Below are positions 42,901 through 57,585 of a stretch of 64,000 nucleotides of DNA, piece after piece. Where the stretch lies: assembly GCF_009914755.1 (NCBI RefSeq), contig NC_060940.1. The stretch is one strand, 5' to 3'. Source of the DNA: the human T2T-CHM13v2.0 reference genome, Homo sapiens. The notes under the pieces were generated by a model that saw only the letters and a program-made list of their open reading frames with translations, made no database searches and was not told the DNA's origin. The position numbers were made by a program, and so were the translations under genes. Every line of letters begins with the position of its first letter. Position 1 is the first letter of the stretch.

Positions 42901-45673
42901 TTGATTCAATTCGATTCTATTCGATGATGATTCCATTGGATTTCACTTGATGATTCTATTCGATTCCATTCAATGATGATTCACTTCTCGTCCATTGGAT
43001 GATTCCATTTCATTCCATTCGATGATGATTCCATTCGATTCCATTCGATGATTCCATTTGATTCCATGCGACGGTGAGCAATTCGATTCAATTCCATGAT
43101 GATTCTATTTGATTCAATTAGATGATGTTTCCATTCGAATCCATTCCATGATTATTCCATTGGAATCCATTCGGCGATGATTCCATATGAGTCAATTCAA
43201 TGATGATTCCATATGGGTCCGTTCGATGATAATTCCATTTGATTTCATTCGATGCTTCTATTCTATTCCAGTCGATGATGATTCCGTTGGAGTCCATACG
43301 ATGATTCCATTTGATTTCATTTGATGATGATTCCATTCGATGATGATTACATTGGATTCCATTCTATGATTCCATTCAATTCCATTCGTTGATGATTCGA
43401 TTCCATTCAATGATGATTCCATTTGAGTTCATTCGATGATTCTATTCGATTCCGTTCGATGGTGATTCAATTCTATTATATTGGATGATTCCACTCGATT
43501 CCATTTGATGATTATTCCATTGGAGTCCACTTAGTGAATCCTTTAGATTCTACTCGACGATGATTCCATTCGAGTCCATTCGATGATACCATTCAATTCC
43601 ATTCGTTGATGCTTCCATTCAAGTGCATTCGATGATATCATTCGATTCCATTTGATGATAATTCCATTTGATTCCGTGCGATGATTCTATTCGATTCCAT
43701 TCAATGATAATTCCATTCAATTCAGTGATTCCTCTGGACTCCATTTGATGATGATTCCATTCAATGATTCCATTCGATTCTATTCGAAAATGATTCCATT
43801 TGAATCCATTTGATGATGATTCCATTAGATTCCATTTGATGATTCCATTCGATTCCATTCGACGATGATTCCATTCGATTCCGTTTGATGATTCCATTCT
43901 ATTCTATTCGATGATGATTCCATTCGATTCCATTCGATGATGATTGGATTCGATTCCATTTGATGATTTCATTTGATTCCATTCGTTAATGATTTCGATC
44001 AATTCCATTCGATGATTCCATTCGATTCCATTCGATAATGATTACATCCGAGTCCATTCGATGATTCCCTTTGAGCCTGTTCGATAATTCCATTTGAGTC
44101 CAACCAATGATTCCATTCATTTCCATTCAATGATTCCATTCGAGTCCATTTGATCATTCCGGTAGGGTCCATTCGATGTTGATTCCATTGGAGTGCATTC
44201 GATGATTCCATTCGAGTCCATTTTAGGATTTGATTCGAGTCCTTTCGATGATTCCATTCGATTCCACTCGATGATGATTTCATTCGAGTCCATTCGACAC
44301 TTCCAATCGATTCCATTTGATGATTCCATTCGAGTCCAATTGATGATTCCATTCAATTCCATTCGATGATGATTCCGTACGATTCCATTCTGTGATGATT
44401 CCATGTGATTGCATTCAATGATGATTCCTTTCGATTGCATTCGATTATGATTCATTTCGTGTTCATTCTATGGTTCCACAGGTTTCCATTCGTGTCCATT
44501 CCATTATTCCATTCTATTCCATTTGATGATGATTCCATTCGATTCCATTCATTGGTGATTCCACTCAATTCCATTCAATGATTCCATTCCATTTCTTTCA
44601 ACAATGATTCCATTAGTTTCTAATCGATGATCCACTTGATTCCATTTGACGACGATTCCATTCTTGTCCATTCGATGATTCCATTTGATTCCATATGATG
44701 ATGATTCCATTCGATTCCATACCATGATGATTCCATTCGAGTCCATTCAATGGTGATTCCATTCAATTCCATTCGATGATTCCTTTTGATTCCATTCGAT
44801 GATGATGGCATTCGATTCCTTTCAATCATTCCCTTTGATTCCATTCAAAGGTGATTTCATTCAAGTCCATTCGATAATTGCATTCGATTCCATTCTATGA
44901 TGATTCCATTCGAGTCCATTTGATGATTCCATTCAATTCAAGTCAATGATGATTCCATTCGATTCCATTCGATGATTCCATTGGATTCCATTCGATGATG
45001 ATTCCATTCAAATCCATTCGATAATTCAATTCAAGTCCATTCGATGATGATTCCAATCGAATCCATTCAAAGATTCCATTCAGTTCCATTCGATGATTCC
45101 CTTAGATTCCATTCGATGATTCCACTTGATTGCATTTACGATGATTCCATTCGATTCCATGTGATGATTCCATTCAATTCTATTCAATGATGTCTCCATT
45201 TGATTCCATTCGACCATGATTGCCTTTGATTCCATTCAATGATTCCATTCGGTTCCGTTTGATGATGATTCCGTTCGATTCCATTTGATGATTCCATTTG
45301 ATTCCATTGGATGAGTCCATTCGATTACATTCGATGATTATTCCATTCGAGTGCATTAGATGATTCCATTCGAGTCCATTCGATGATTCCATTCGATTCC
45401 ATTCGATGTTGATTCTGTTCAAATCCATTCGATGATTCCACTCGATTCCATTCGTTGACTCCATTTGATCCCATTCGATGATTTCCTTTGATTCCCTTTG
45501 ATGATCATTCCATTTGATTCAATTCGGTGATTTCATTTGATTCCATTCAGTGATGTTTCCATTCGACTCCATTCGATGATGATTCCATTCGACTCCATTC
45601 GATTATGATTTCATTCAATTCCATTCGATAATGATTCCCTTCGAGTCCATTCGATGATTCCATTCGATTCCAT
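39936..45673 (+). repeat. Unit U8, 5,738 bp (374 bp deletion, junction ~40528)
   Basis: Landmarks at 39936 and 45674; junction 'ttcggttccattccatgatgattccattcctttcc'. Confidence 0.9.
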
Positions 45674-48600
45674 TCAACGATGATTTGATTCGTGTCCATT
45701 CGATGATTCCATTTGATTCCACTTGATGATGATTCCATTCGAGTCCATTTGATGATTCCATTCAATTCCATACTCCGATGATTTCTTTTGAGCCCACTCA
45801 ATGCTTCCACTCGATTCCATATGATGATGACTCCATTCGATGAAATTCGATGATGATTCCATTCGCTTGCGTTCGATGATGATTCCACTTGAGTCCGTTA
45901 GAAGATTCTATTCAATTACATTCCAGGACGATTCCGTTCGAGTCCATTTGATGATTCCATTAGACTCCATTCGACGATGATTCCATTCGATGTTATTCGA
46001 TGATTCCATTCGATCTCATTCGATGATGATTCCATTCAACTCCATTCGATGTTTCCATTCGAGTTCATTCTATTATTCCATTAGATTCCATTCGATGATG
46101 ATTCCATTCGATTCCATTTGATGATTGCATTCTATTTCATTTGATGATGATTCCATTCGAGTCCACTCGATGATTCCATTCGAGTCCATTTAATGAATCC
46201 ATTGGTTTCAATTCTATGATGATTACATTGGATTCCATTCGTTGATGATTTCATTCGGTTCCATTCCATGATGATTCCATTCCTTTCCATTCAATGATTC
46301 CATTCGATTCCGTTTGATGATGATTTCATTCGAGTCCATTTGATGATTCCATTTGATTTCTTTCGATGATGATTCCATTCGAGTCCATTCGATGATTCTA
46401 TTCGAATCCATTTGATGATTTCTTTTGATTATATTTGGTGATGATTCCATTGGAGTCCATTCAATGATTCCATTCTATTCCAATCGATGATGATTCCATT
46501 AGAGTCCATTTAATGATTCCATTTGATTCCAGTCTCTGATGATTATATTCGAGTCCATACGATGATTCCACTCAATTCCATATGATGATGATTCCATTTG
46601 ATTCCATTCGGTGATTCCGTTCTATTCTATTCAATGGTGATTCCATTCGAGTACATTAGATGATTCCATTCGATTCCATTCATTGATGATTCTATTTGTG
46701 TCCCTTAGATGATTCCACATGATTCCATTAGATGATGATACTATTTGAGCCCATCCAATGATTCCCTTCGATTCCATTCGATGAGGATTCCATTCGATTC
46801 AATTCATTGGTGATTCTATTCAATTCAATTCTTTGATTCCATTCCATTCCATTCGACAATGATTCCATTCGATTTCTTTCGATGATTCCACTCGATTCCA
46901 CTTGACATTGATTCCATTCGATTCCATTCAATGATTCCATTTGATTCCAGTGGATGATGATTGCCATCGATTCCATTCGATCACTCCATTCTATTCCATT
47001 TGATGATGATTACATTCGATTCCATTTGATGATTCCATCTGATTCTATTCGAGGATTCCATTTGATTCCATTCGATGATGATTCCATTCGAGTCCATTCG
47101 ATGATTTCATTCGAGTACATCCAATGATTCCATTCGAGTCCATTAGATGATTCCATTTGATTCCATTTGAAAATGATTCTACTAGAGTCCATTCAATGAC
47201 TCCATTCGAGTCCATTCAACAATTCCATTCGACTCCATTCGATGATTCCATTCGATTCCATTTGATGGTTCCATTCGAGTCCATTTAATCATTACAGTCG
47301 AGTCCATTTGGTGATTCCACTGGATTTCTTTTGATAATGATACCATTCAATTACATTTGATGATGATCCCATTCAATTTCATTTGATGATGATTCCATTA
47401 GAGTCCATTCGATGATTTCATTCGAGTCCCTTCATTGATTCCATCCGATTTCATTGGATGATGACTCCATTCGAGTCCATTCGATGATTCCACTCGATTC
47501 CATTAGATGACTCCATTGGAGTCCATTTGATTGTTCCATTCGATTCCATTTGATTCCTTTCGAAGATTATTCCATTTGAGTCCATTCGATGATGATTCCA
47601 TTCCATTCCATTCCATGATTCCGTTTGATTCCATTCGATGATTCCCTTCGATTCCTTTCTTTGATGATTCCATTCCATTCCATTCAATGATTCCATTCGA
47701 ATCTATTCCATGATGATTCCTTTCGATTCCATTCGCTGATGTTTCCGTTCAATTCCATTCGATGATGATTCCATTCGATTCCATTCATTGAGGATTCCAT
47801 TTGATTCCATTCAATGATGATTCCATTCTATTCCATTCAATGATTGCATTCAATTCCATTCAATGATTATCCCATTAGAGTAAACTCAACGATTCCATTC
47901 AATATCATTCGATGATGATTCCTTTTGAGTCCATTCAATGATTTCATTCAAGTCCATTTGATGATTCCTTTCAATTCCATTCTATGATGATTCCATTCGA
48001 GTCCATTCGATGATTCCATTCGATTGCATTCGATGATTCCAATATATTCCATTCAACGATGATTCCATTCGAGTCCGTTCCATGATTCCATTAGAGTACA
48101 TTTAATGATTGCTTTGTTTTCAATTCGAAGATGATTACATTGGATTCCATTCTATGATACCATTCGATTCCATTCAATGATGATTCCACTCAAATCCATT
48201 GGATGATTCCATTCGTGTCCATTCGGTGATTTCATTAGATTCCATTCGAGGATGATTCCATTCGATTCCATTCGATGATTCCATTCAATTCCATTCGATG
48301 ATGATTCCATTCCAGTCCATATGATCATTCCATTTGATTTCATTCAATGATGATTCCATTCGATTCCATTCGACGATTCCATTCTATTCCATTCAATGAT
48401 GATTCCATTCGAGTCCATTCGATGATTCCATTCGAGTCCATTTAATGATTCCATTGGGTTCAATTCAATGATGATTACATTGGATTCCGTTCTATGATTC
48501 CATTCAATTCCGTTCATTGACAATTTGATTCCATTCGATGATGATTCCATTTGAGTTCATTCGATGATTCTATTCGATTCTCTTCGATGGTGATTCAATT

Positions 48601-51411
48601 CTATTATATTGGATGATTCCATTCGATTCCATTTGATGTTGATTCAATTCGATTCTATTCGATGATGATTCCATTGGATTTCACTTGATGATTCTATTCG
48701 ATTCCATTCAATGATGATTCACTTCTCGTCCATTGGATGATTCCATTTCATTCCATTCGATGATGATTCCATTCGATTCCATTCGATGATTCCATTTGAT
48801 TCCATGCGACGGTGAGCAATTCGATTCAATTCCATGATGATTCTATTTGATTCAATTAGATGATGTTTCCATTCGAATCCATTCCATGATTATTCCATTG
48901 GAATCCATTCGGCGATGATTCCATATGAGTCAATTCAATGATGATTCCATATGGGTCCGTTCGATGATAATTCCATTTGATTTCATTCGATGCTTCTATT
49001 CTATTCCAGTCGATGATGATTCCGTTGGAGTCCATACGATGATTCCATTTGATTTCATTTGATGATGATTCCATTCGATGATGATTACATTGGATTCCAT
49101 TCTATGATTCCATTCAATTCCATTCGTTGATGATTCGATTCCATTCAATGATGATTCCATTTGAGTTCATTCGATGATTCTATTCGATTCCGTTCGATGG
49201 TGATTCAATTCTATTATATTGGATGATTCCACTCGATTCCATTTGATGATTATTCCATTGGAGTCCACTTAGTGAATCCTTTAGATTCTACTCGACGATG
49301 ATTCCATTCGAGTCCATTCGATGATACCATTCAATTCCATTCGTTGATGCTTCCATTCAAGTGCATTCGATGATATCATTCGATTCCATTTGATGATAAT
49401 TCCATTTGATTCCATGCGATGATTCTATTCGATTCCATTCAATGATAATTCCATTCAATTCAGTGATTCCTCTGGACTCCATTTGATGATGATTCCATTC
49501 AATGATTCCATTCGATTCTATTCGAAAATGATTCCATTTGAATCCATTTGATGATGATTCCATTAGATTCCATTTGATGATTCCATTCGATTCCATTCGA
49601 CGATGATTCCATTCCATTCCGTTTGATGATTCCATTCTATTCTATTCGATGATGATTCCATTCGATTCCATTCGATGATGATTGGATTCGATTCCATTGG
49701 ATGATTTCATTTGATTCCATTCGTTAATGATTTCGATCAATTCCATTCGATGATTCCATTCGATTCCATTCGATAATGATTACATCCGAGTCCATTCGAT
49801 GATTCCCTTTGAGCCTGTTCGATAATTCCATTTGAGTCCAACCAATGATTCCATTCATTTCCATTCAATGATTCCATTCGAGTCCATTTGATCATTCCGG
49901 TAGGGTCCATTCGATGTTGATTCCATTGGAGTGCATTCGATGATTCCATTCGAGTCCATTTTAGGATTTGATTCGAGTCCTTTCGATGATTCCATTCGAT
50001 TCCACTCGATGATGATTTCATTCGAGTCCATTCGACACTTCCAATCGATTCCATTTGATGATTCCATTCGAGTCCAATTGATGATTCCATTCAATTCCAT
50101 TCGATGATGATTCCGTACGATTCCATTCTGTGATGATTCCATGTGATTGCATTCAATGATGATTCCTTTCGATTGCATTCGATTATGATTCATTTCGTGT
50201 TCATTCTATGGTTCCACAGGTTTCCATTCGTGTCCATTCCGTTATTCCATTCTATTCCATTTGATGATGATTCCGTTCGATTCCATTCATTGGTGATTCC
50301 ACTCAATTCCATTCAATGATTCCATTCCATTTCTTTCAACAATGATTCCATTAGTTTCTAATCGATGATCCACTTGATTCCATTTGATGACGATTCCATT
50401 CTTGTCCATTCGATGATTCCATTTGATTCCATATGATGATGATTCCATTCGATTCCATACCATGATGATTCCATTCGAGTCCATTCAATGGTGATTCCAT
50501 TCAATTCCATTCGATGATTCCTTTTGATTCCATTCGATGATGATGGCATTCGATTCCTTTCAATCATTCCCTTTGATTCCATTCAAAGGTGATTTCATTC
50601 AAGTCCATTCGATAATTGCATTCGATTCCATTCTATGATGATTCCATTCGAGTCCATTTGATGATTCCATTCAATTCAAGTCAATGATGATTCCATTCGA
50701 TTCCATTCGATGATTCCATTGGATTCCATTCGATGATGATTCCATTCAAATCCATTCCATAATTCAATTCAAGTCCATTCGATGATGATTCCAATCGAAT
50801 CCATTCAAAGATTCCATTCAGTTCCATTCGATGATTCCCTTAGATTCCATTCGATGATTCCACTTGATTGCATTTACGATGATTCCATTCGATTCCATGT
50901 GATGATTCCATTCAATTCTATTCAATGATGTCTCCATTTGATTCCATTCGACCATGATTGCCTTTGATTCCATTCAATGATTCCATTCGGTTCCGTTTGA
51001 TGATGATTCCGTTCGATTCCATTTGATGATTCCATTTGATTCCATTGGATGAGTCCATTCGATTACATTCGATGATTATTCCATTCGAGTGCATTAGATG
51101 ATTCCATTCGAGTCCATTCGATGATTCCATTCGATTCCATTCGATGTTGATTCTGTTCAAATCCATTCGATGATTCCACTCGATTCCATTCGTTGACTCC
51201 ATTTGATCCCATTCGATGATTTCCTTTGATTCCCTTTGATGATCATTCCATTTGATTCAATTCGGTGATTTCATTTGATTCCATTCAGTGATGTTTCCAT
51301 TCGACTCCATTCGATGATGATTCCATTCGACTCCATTCGATTATGATTTCATTCAATTCCATTCGATAATGATTCCCTTCGAGTCCATTCGATGATTCCA
51401 TTCGATTCCAT
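45674..51411 (+). repeat. Unit U9, 5,738 bp (374 bp deletion, junction ~46266)
   Basis: Landmarks at 45674 and 51412; same junction as U8. Confidence 0.9.
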
Positions 51412-54400
51412 TCAACGATGATTTGATTCGTGTCCATTCGATGATTCCATTTGATTCCACTTGATGATGATTCCATTCGAGTCCATTTGATGATTCCATT
51501 CAATTCCATACTCCGATGATTTCTTTTGAGCCCACTCAATGCTTCCACTCGATTCCATATGATGATGACTCCATTCGATGAAATTCGATGATGATTCCAT
51601 TCGCTTGCTTTCGATGATGATTCCACTTGAGTCCGTTAGAAGATTCTATTCAATTACATTCCATGACGATTCCGTTCGAGTCCATTTGATGATTCCATTA
51701 GACTCCATTCGACGATGATTCCATTCGATGTTATTCCATGATTCCATTCGATCTCATTCGATGATGATTCCATTCAACTCCATTCGATGTTTCCATTCGA
51801 GTTCATTCTATTATTCCATTAGATTCCATTCGATGATGATTCCATTCGATTCCATTTGATGATTGCATTCTATTTCATTTGATGATGATTCCATTCGAGT
51901 CCACTCGATGATACCATTCGATGATTGCATTCTATTTCATTTGATGATGATTCCATTCGAGTCCACTCGATGATTCCATTCGAGTCCATTTAATGAATCC
52001 ATTGGTTTCAATTCTATGATGATTACATTGGATTCCATTCGTTGATGATTTCATTCGGTTCCATTCAATGATGATTCCATTCAATTCCTTTCAATGTTTC
52101 CATTCAATTCCATACGATGATGATTCCATTTGATTTGATTCGACAGTGAGCCATTCGATTCAATTCCATGATGATTCTATTTGATTCAATTGGTTGACAT
52201 TTCCATTCGATTCCATTCGATGATGATTCCCTTTGATTCCGTTCAAAGATGATTCCATTCTAGCCCATTCAATCATTCCATTCGATTCTATTCAATGATG
52301 ATTCCATTCATGTCGATTTGGTGATTCCATTTGACTTCATTTGATGATGATTCCTTTCAAGTTCATTAGATGATTCCATTCGATTCCATTTGATGATGAT
52401 CCCATTCGAGTCCATTCAGTGATTCCATTCGTTTCCATTCCATGATGATTCCATTCCTTTCCATTCAATGATTCCATTCGATTCCGTTTGATGATGATTT
52501 CATTCGAGTCCATTTGATGATTCCATTTGATTCCATTCGATGATGATTCCATTCGAGTCCATTCGATGATTCTATTCGAATCCATTTGATGATTTCTTTT
52601 GATTATATTTGGTGATGATTCCATTGGAGTCCATTCAATGATTCCATTCTATTCCAATCGATGATGATTCCATTAGAGTCCATTTAATGATTCCATTTGA
52701 TTCCAGTCTCTGATGATTACATTCGAGTCCATACGATGATTCCACTCAATTCCATATGATGATGATTCCATTTGATTCCATTCGGTGATTCCATTCTATT
52801 CTATTCAATGGTGATTCCATTCGAGTACATTAGATGATTCCATTCGATTCCATTCAATGATGATTCTATTTGTGTCCCTTAGATGATTCCACATGATTCC
52901 ATTAGATGATGATACTATTTGAGCCCATCCAATGATTCCCTTCGTTTCCATTCGATGAGGATTCCATTCGATTCAATTCATTGGTGATTCTATTCAATTC
53001 AATTCTTTGATTCCATTCCATTCCATTCGACAATGATTCCATTCGATTTCTTTCGATGATTCCACTCGATTCCACTTGACATTGATTCCATTCGATTCCA
53101 TTCAATGATTCCATTTGATTCCAGTGGATGATGATTGCCATCGATTCCATTCGATCACTCCATTCTATTCCATTTGATGATGATTACATTCGATTCCATT
53201 TGATGATTCCATCTGATTCTATTCGAGGATTCCATTTGATTCCATTCGATGATGATTCCATTCGAGTCCATTCGATGATTTCATTCGAGTACATCCAATG
53301 ATTCCATTCGAGTCCATTAGATGATTCCATTTGATTCCATTTGAAAATGATTCTACTAGAGTCCATTCAATGACTCCGTTCGAGTCCATTCAACAATTCC
53401 ATTCGACTCCATTCGATGATTCCATTCGATTCTATTTGATGGTTCCATTCGAGTCCATTTAATCATTACAGTCGAGTCCATTTGGTGATTCCACTGGATT
53501 TCTTTTGATAATGATACCATTCAATTACATTTGATGATGATCCCATTCAATTTCATTTGATGATGATTCCATTAGAGTCCATTCGATGATTTCATTCGAG
53601 TCCCTTCATTGATTCCATCCAATTTCATTGGATGATGACTCCATTCGAGTCCATTCGATGATTCCACTCGATTCCATTAGATGACTCCATTGGAGTCCAT
53701 TTGATTGTTCCATTCGATTCCATTCGATTCCTTTCGAAGATTATTCCATTTTAGTCCATTCGATGATGATTCCATTCCATTCCATTCGATGATTCCGTTT
53801 GATTCCATTCGATGATTCCCTTCGATTCCTTTCTTTGATGATTCCATTCCATTCCATTCAATGATTCCATTCGAATCTATTCCATGATGATTCCTTTCGA
53901 TTCCATTCGCTGATGTTTCCGTTCAATTCCATTCGATGATGATTCCATTCGATTCCATTCATTGAGGATTCCATTTGATTCCATTCAATGATGATTCCAT
54001 TCTATTCCATTCAATGATTGCATTCAATTCCATTCAATGATTATCCCATTAGAGTAAACTCAACGATTCCATTCAATACCATTCGATGATGATTCCTTTT
54101 GAGTCCATTCAATGATTTCATTCAAGTCCATTTGATGATTCCTTTCAATTCCATTCTATGATGATTCCATTCGAGTCCATTCGATGATTCCATTCGATTG
54201 CATTCGATGATTCCATTATATTCCACTCAACGATGATTCCATTCGAGTCCATTCAATGATTCCATTAGAGTACATTTAATGATTGCTTTGTTTTCAATTC
54301 GAAGATGATTACATTGGATTCCATTCTATGATACCATTCGATTCCATTCAATGATGATTCCACTCAAATCCATTGGATGATTCCATTCGTGTCCATTCGG

Positions 54401-57400
54401 TGATTTCATTAGATTCCATTCGAGGATGATTCCATTCGATTCCATTCGATGATTCCATTCAATTCCATTCGATGATGATTCCATTCCAGTCCATATGATC
54501 ATTCCATTTGATTTCATTCGATGATGATTCCATTCGATTCGATTCGACGATTCCATTCTATTCCATTCGATGATGATTCCATTCGAGTCCATTCGATGAT
54601 TCCATTCGAGTCCATTTAATGATTCCATTGGGTTCAATTCAATGATGATTACATTGGATTCCGTTCTATGATTCCATTCAATTCCGTTCATTGACAATTT
54701 GATTCCATTCGATGATGATTCCATTTGAGTTCATTCGATGATTCTATTCGATTCTCTTCGATGGTGATTCAATTCTATTATATTGGATGATTCCATTCGA
54801 TTCCATTTGATGTTGATTCAATTCGATTCTATTCGATGATGATTCCATTGGATTTCACTTGATGATTCTATTCGATTCCATTCAATGATGATTCACTTCT
54901 CGTCCATTGGATGATTCCATTTCATTCCATTCGATGATGATTCCATTCGATTCCATTCGATGATTCCATTTGATTCCATGCGACGGTGAGCAATTCGATT
55001 CAATTCCATGATGATTCTATTTGATTCAATTAGATGATGTTTCCATTCGAATCCATTCCATGATTATTCCATTGGAATCCATTCGGCGATGATTCCATAT
55101 GAGTCAATTCAATGATGATTCCATATGGGTCCGTTCGATGATAATTCCATTTGATTTCATTCGATGCTTCTATTCTATTCCAGTCGATGATGATTCCGTT
55201 GGAGTCCATACGATGATTCCATTTGATTTCATTTGATGATGATTCCATTCGATGATGATTACATTGGATTCCATTCTATGATTCCATTCAATTCCATTCG
55301 TTGATGATTCGATTCCATTCAATGATGATTCCATTTGAGTTCATTCGATGATTCTATTCGATTCCGTTCGATGGTGATTCAATTCTATTATATTGGATGA
55401 TTCCACTCGATTCCATTTGATGATTATTCCATTGGAGTCCACTTAGTGAATCCTTTAGATTCTACTCGACGATGATTCCATTCGAGTCCATTCGATGATA
55501 CCATTCAATTCCATTCGTTGATGCTTCCATTCAAGTGCATTCGATGATATCATTCGATTCCATTTGATGATAATTCCATTTGATTCCATGCGATGATTCT
55601 ATTCGATTCCATTCAATGATAATTCCATTCAATTCAGTGATTCCTCTGGACTCCATTTGATGATGATTCCATTCAATGATTCCATTCGATTCTATTCGAA
55701 AATGATTCCATTTGAATCCATTTGATGATGATTCCATTAGATTCCATTTGATGATTCCATTCGATTCCATTCGACGATGATTCCATTCGATTCCATTTGA
55801 TGATTCCATTCTATTCTATTCGATGATGATTCCATTCGATTCCATTCGATGATGATTGGATTCGATTCCATTTGATGATTTCATTTGATTCCATTCGTTA
55901 ATGATTTCGATCAATTCCATTCGATGATTCCATTCGATTCCATTCGATAATGATTACATCCGAGTCCATTCGATGATTCCCTTTGAGCCTGTTCGATAAT
56001 TCCATTTGAGTCCAACCAATGATTCCATTCATTTCCATTCAATGATTCCATTCGAGTCCATTTGATCATTCCGGTAGGGTCCATTCGATGTTGATTCCAT
56101 TGGAGTGCATTCGATGATTCCATTCGAGTCCATTTTAGGATTTGATTCGAGTCCTTTCGATGATTCCATTCGATTCCACTCGATGATGATTTCATTCGAG
56201 TCCATTCGACACTTCCAATCGATTCCATTTGATGATTCCATTCGAGTCCAATTGATGATTCCATTCAATTCCATTCGATGATGATTCCGTACGATTCCAT
56301 TCTGTGATGATTCCATGTGATTGCATTCAATGATGATTCCTTTCGATTGCATTCGATTATGATTCATTTCGTGTTCATTCTATGGTTCCACAGGTTTCCA
56401 TTCGTGTCCATTCCATTATTCCATTCTATTCCATTTGATGATGATTCCATTCGATTCCATTCATTGGTGATTCCACTCAATTCCATTCAATGATTCCATT
56501 CCATTTCTTTCAACAATGATTCCATTAGTTTCTAATCGATGATCCACTTGATTCCATTTGACGACGATTCCATTCTTGTCCATTCGATGATTCCATTTGA
56601 TTCCATATGATGATGATTCCATTCGATTCCATACCATGATGATTCCATTCGAGTCCATTCAATGGTGATTCCATTCAATTCCATTCGATGATTCCTTTTG
56701 ATTCCATTCGATGATGATGGCATTCGATTCCTTTCAATCATTCCCTTTGATTTCATTCAAAGGTGATTTCATTCAAGTCCATTCGATAATTGCATTCGAT
56801 TCCATTCTATGATGATTCCATTCGAGTCCATTTGATGATTCCATTCAATTCAAGTCAATGATGATTCCATTCGATTCCATTCGATGATTCCATTGGATTC
56901 CATTCGATGATGATTCCATTCAAATCCATTCGATAATTCAATTCAAGTCCATTCGATGATGATTCCAATCGAATCCATTCAAAGATTCCATTCAGTTCCA
57001 TTCGATGATTCCCTTAGATTCCATTCGATGATTCCACTTGATTGCATTTACGATGATTCCATTCGATTCCATGTGATGATTCCATTCAATTCTATTCAAT
57101 GATGTCTCCATTTGATTCCATTCGACCATGATTGCCTTTGATTCCATTCAATGATTCCATTCGGTTCCGTTTGATGATGATTCCGTTCGATTCCATTTGA
57201 TGATTCCATTTGATTCCATTGGATGAGTCCATTCGATTACATTCGATGATTATTCCATTCGAGTGCATTAGATGATTCCATTCGAGTCCATTCGATGATT
57301 CCATTCGATTCCATTCGATGTTGATTCTGTTCAAATCCATTCGATGATTCCACTCGATTCCATTCGTTGACTCCATTTGATCCCATTCGATGATTTCCTT

Positions 57401-57585
57401 TGATTCCCTTTGATGATCATTCCATTTGATTCAATTCGGTGATTTCATTTGATTCCATTCAGTGATGTTTCCATTCGACTCCATTCGATGATGATTCCAT
57501 TCGACTCCATTCGATTATGATTTCATTCAATTCCATTCGATAATGATTCCCTTCGAGTCCATTCGATGATTCCATTCGATTCCAT
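51412..57585 (+). repeat. Unit U10, 6,174 bp (full length + 62 bp local duplication)
   Basis: Offset to U1 steps 51401 -> 51463. Confidence 0.9.
51858..51981 (+). repeat. Private 62 bp tandem duplication (2 copies)
   Basis: 'gatgattgcattctatttcatttgatgatgattccattcgagtccactcgatgat(a/t)ccattc' starts at 51858 and again at 51920. Confidence 0.9.
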
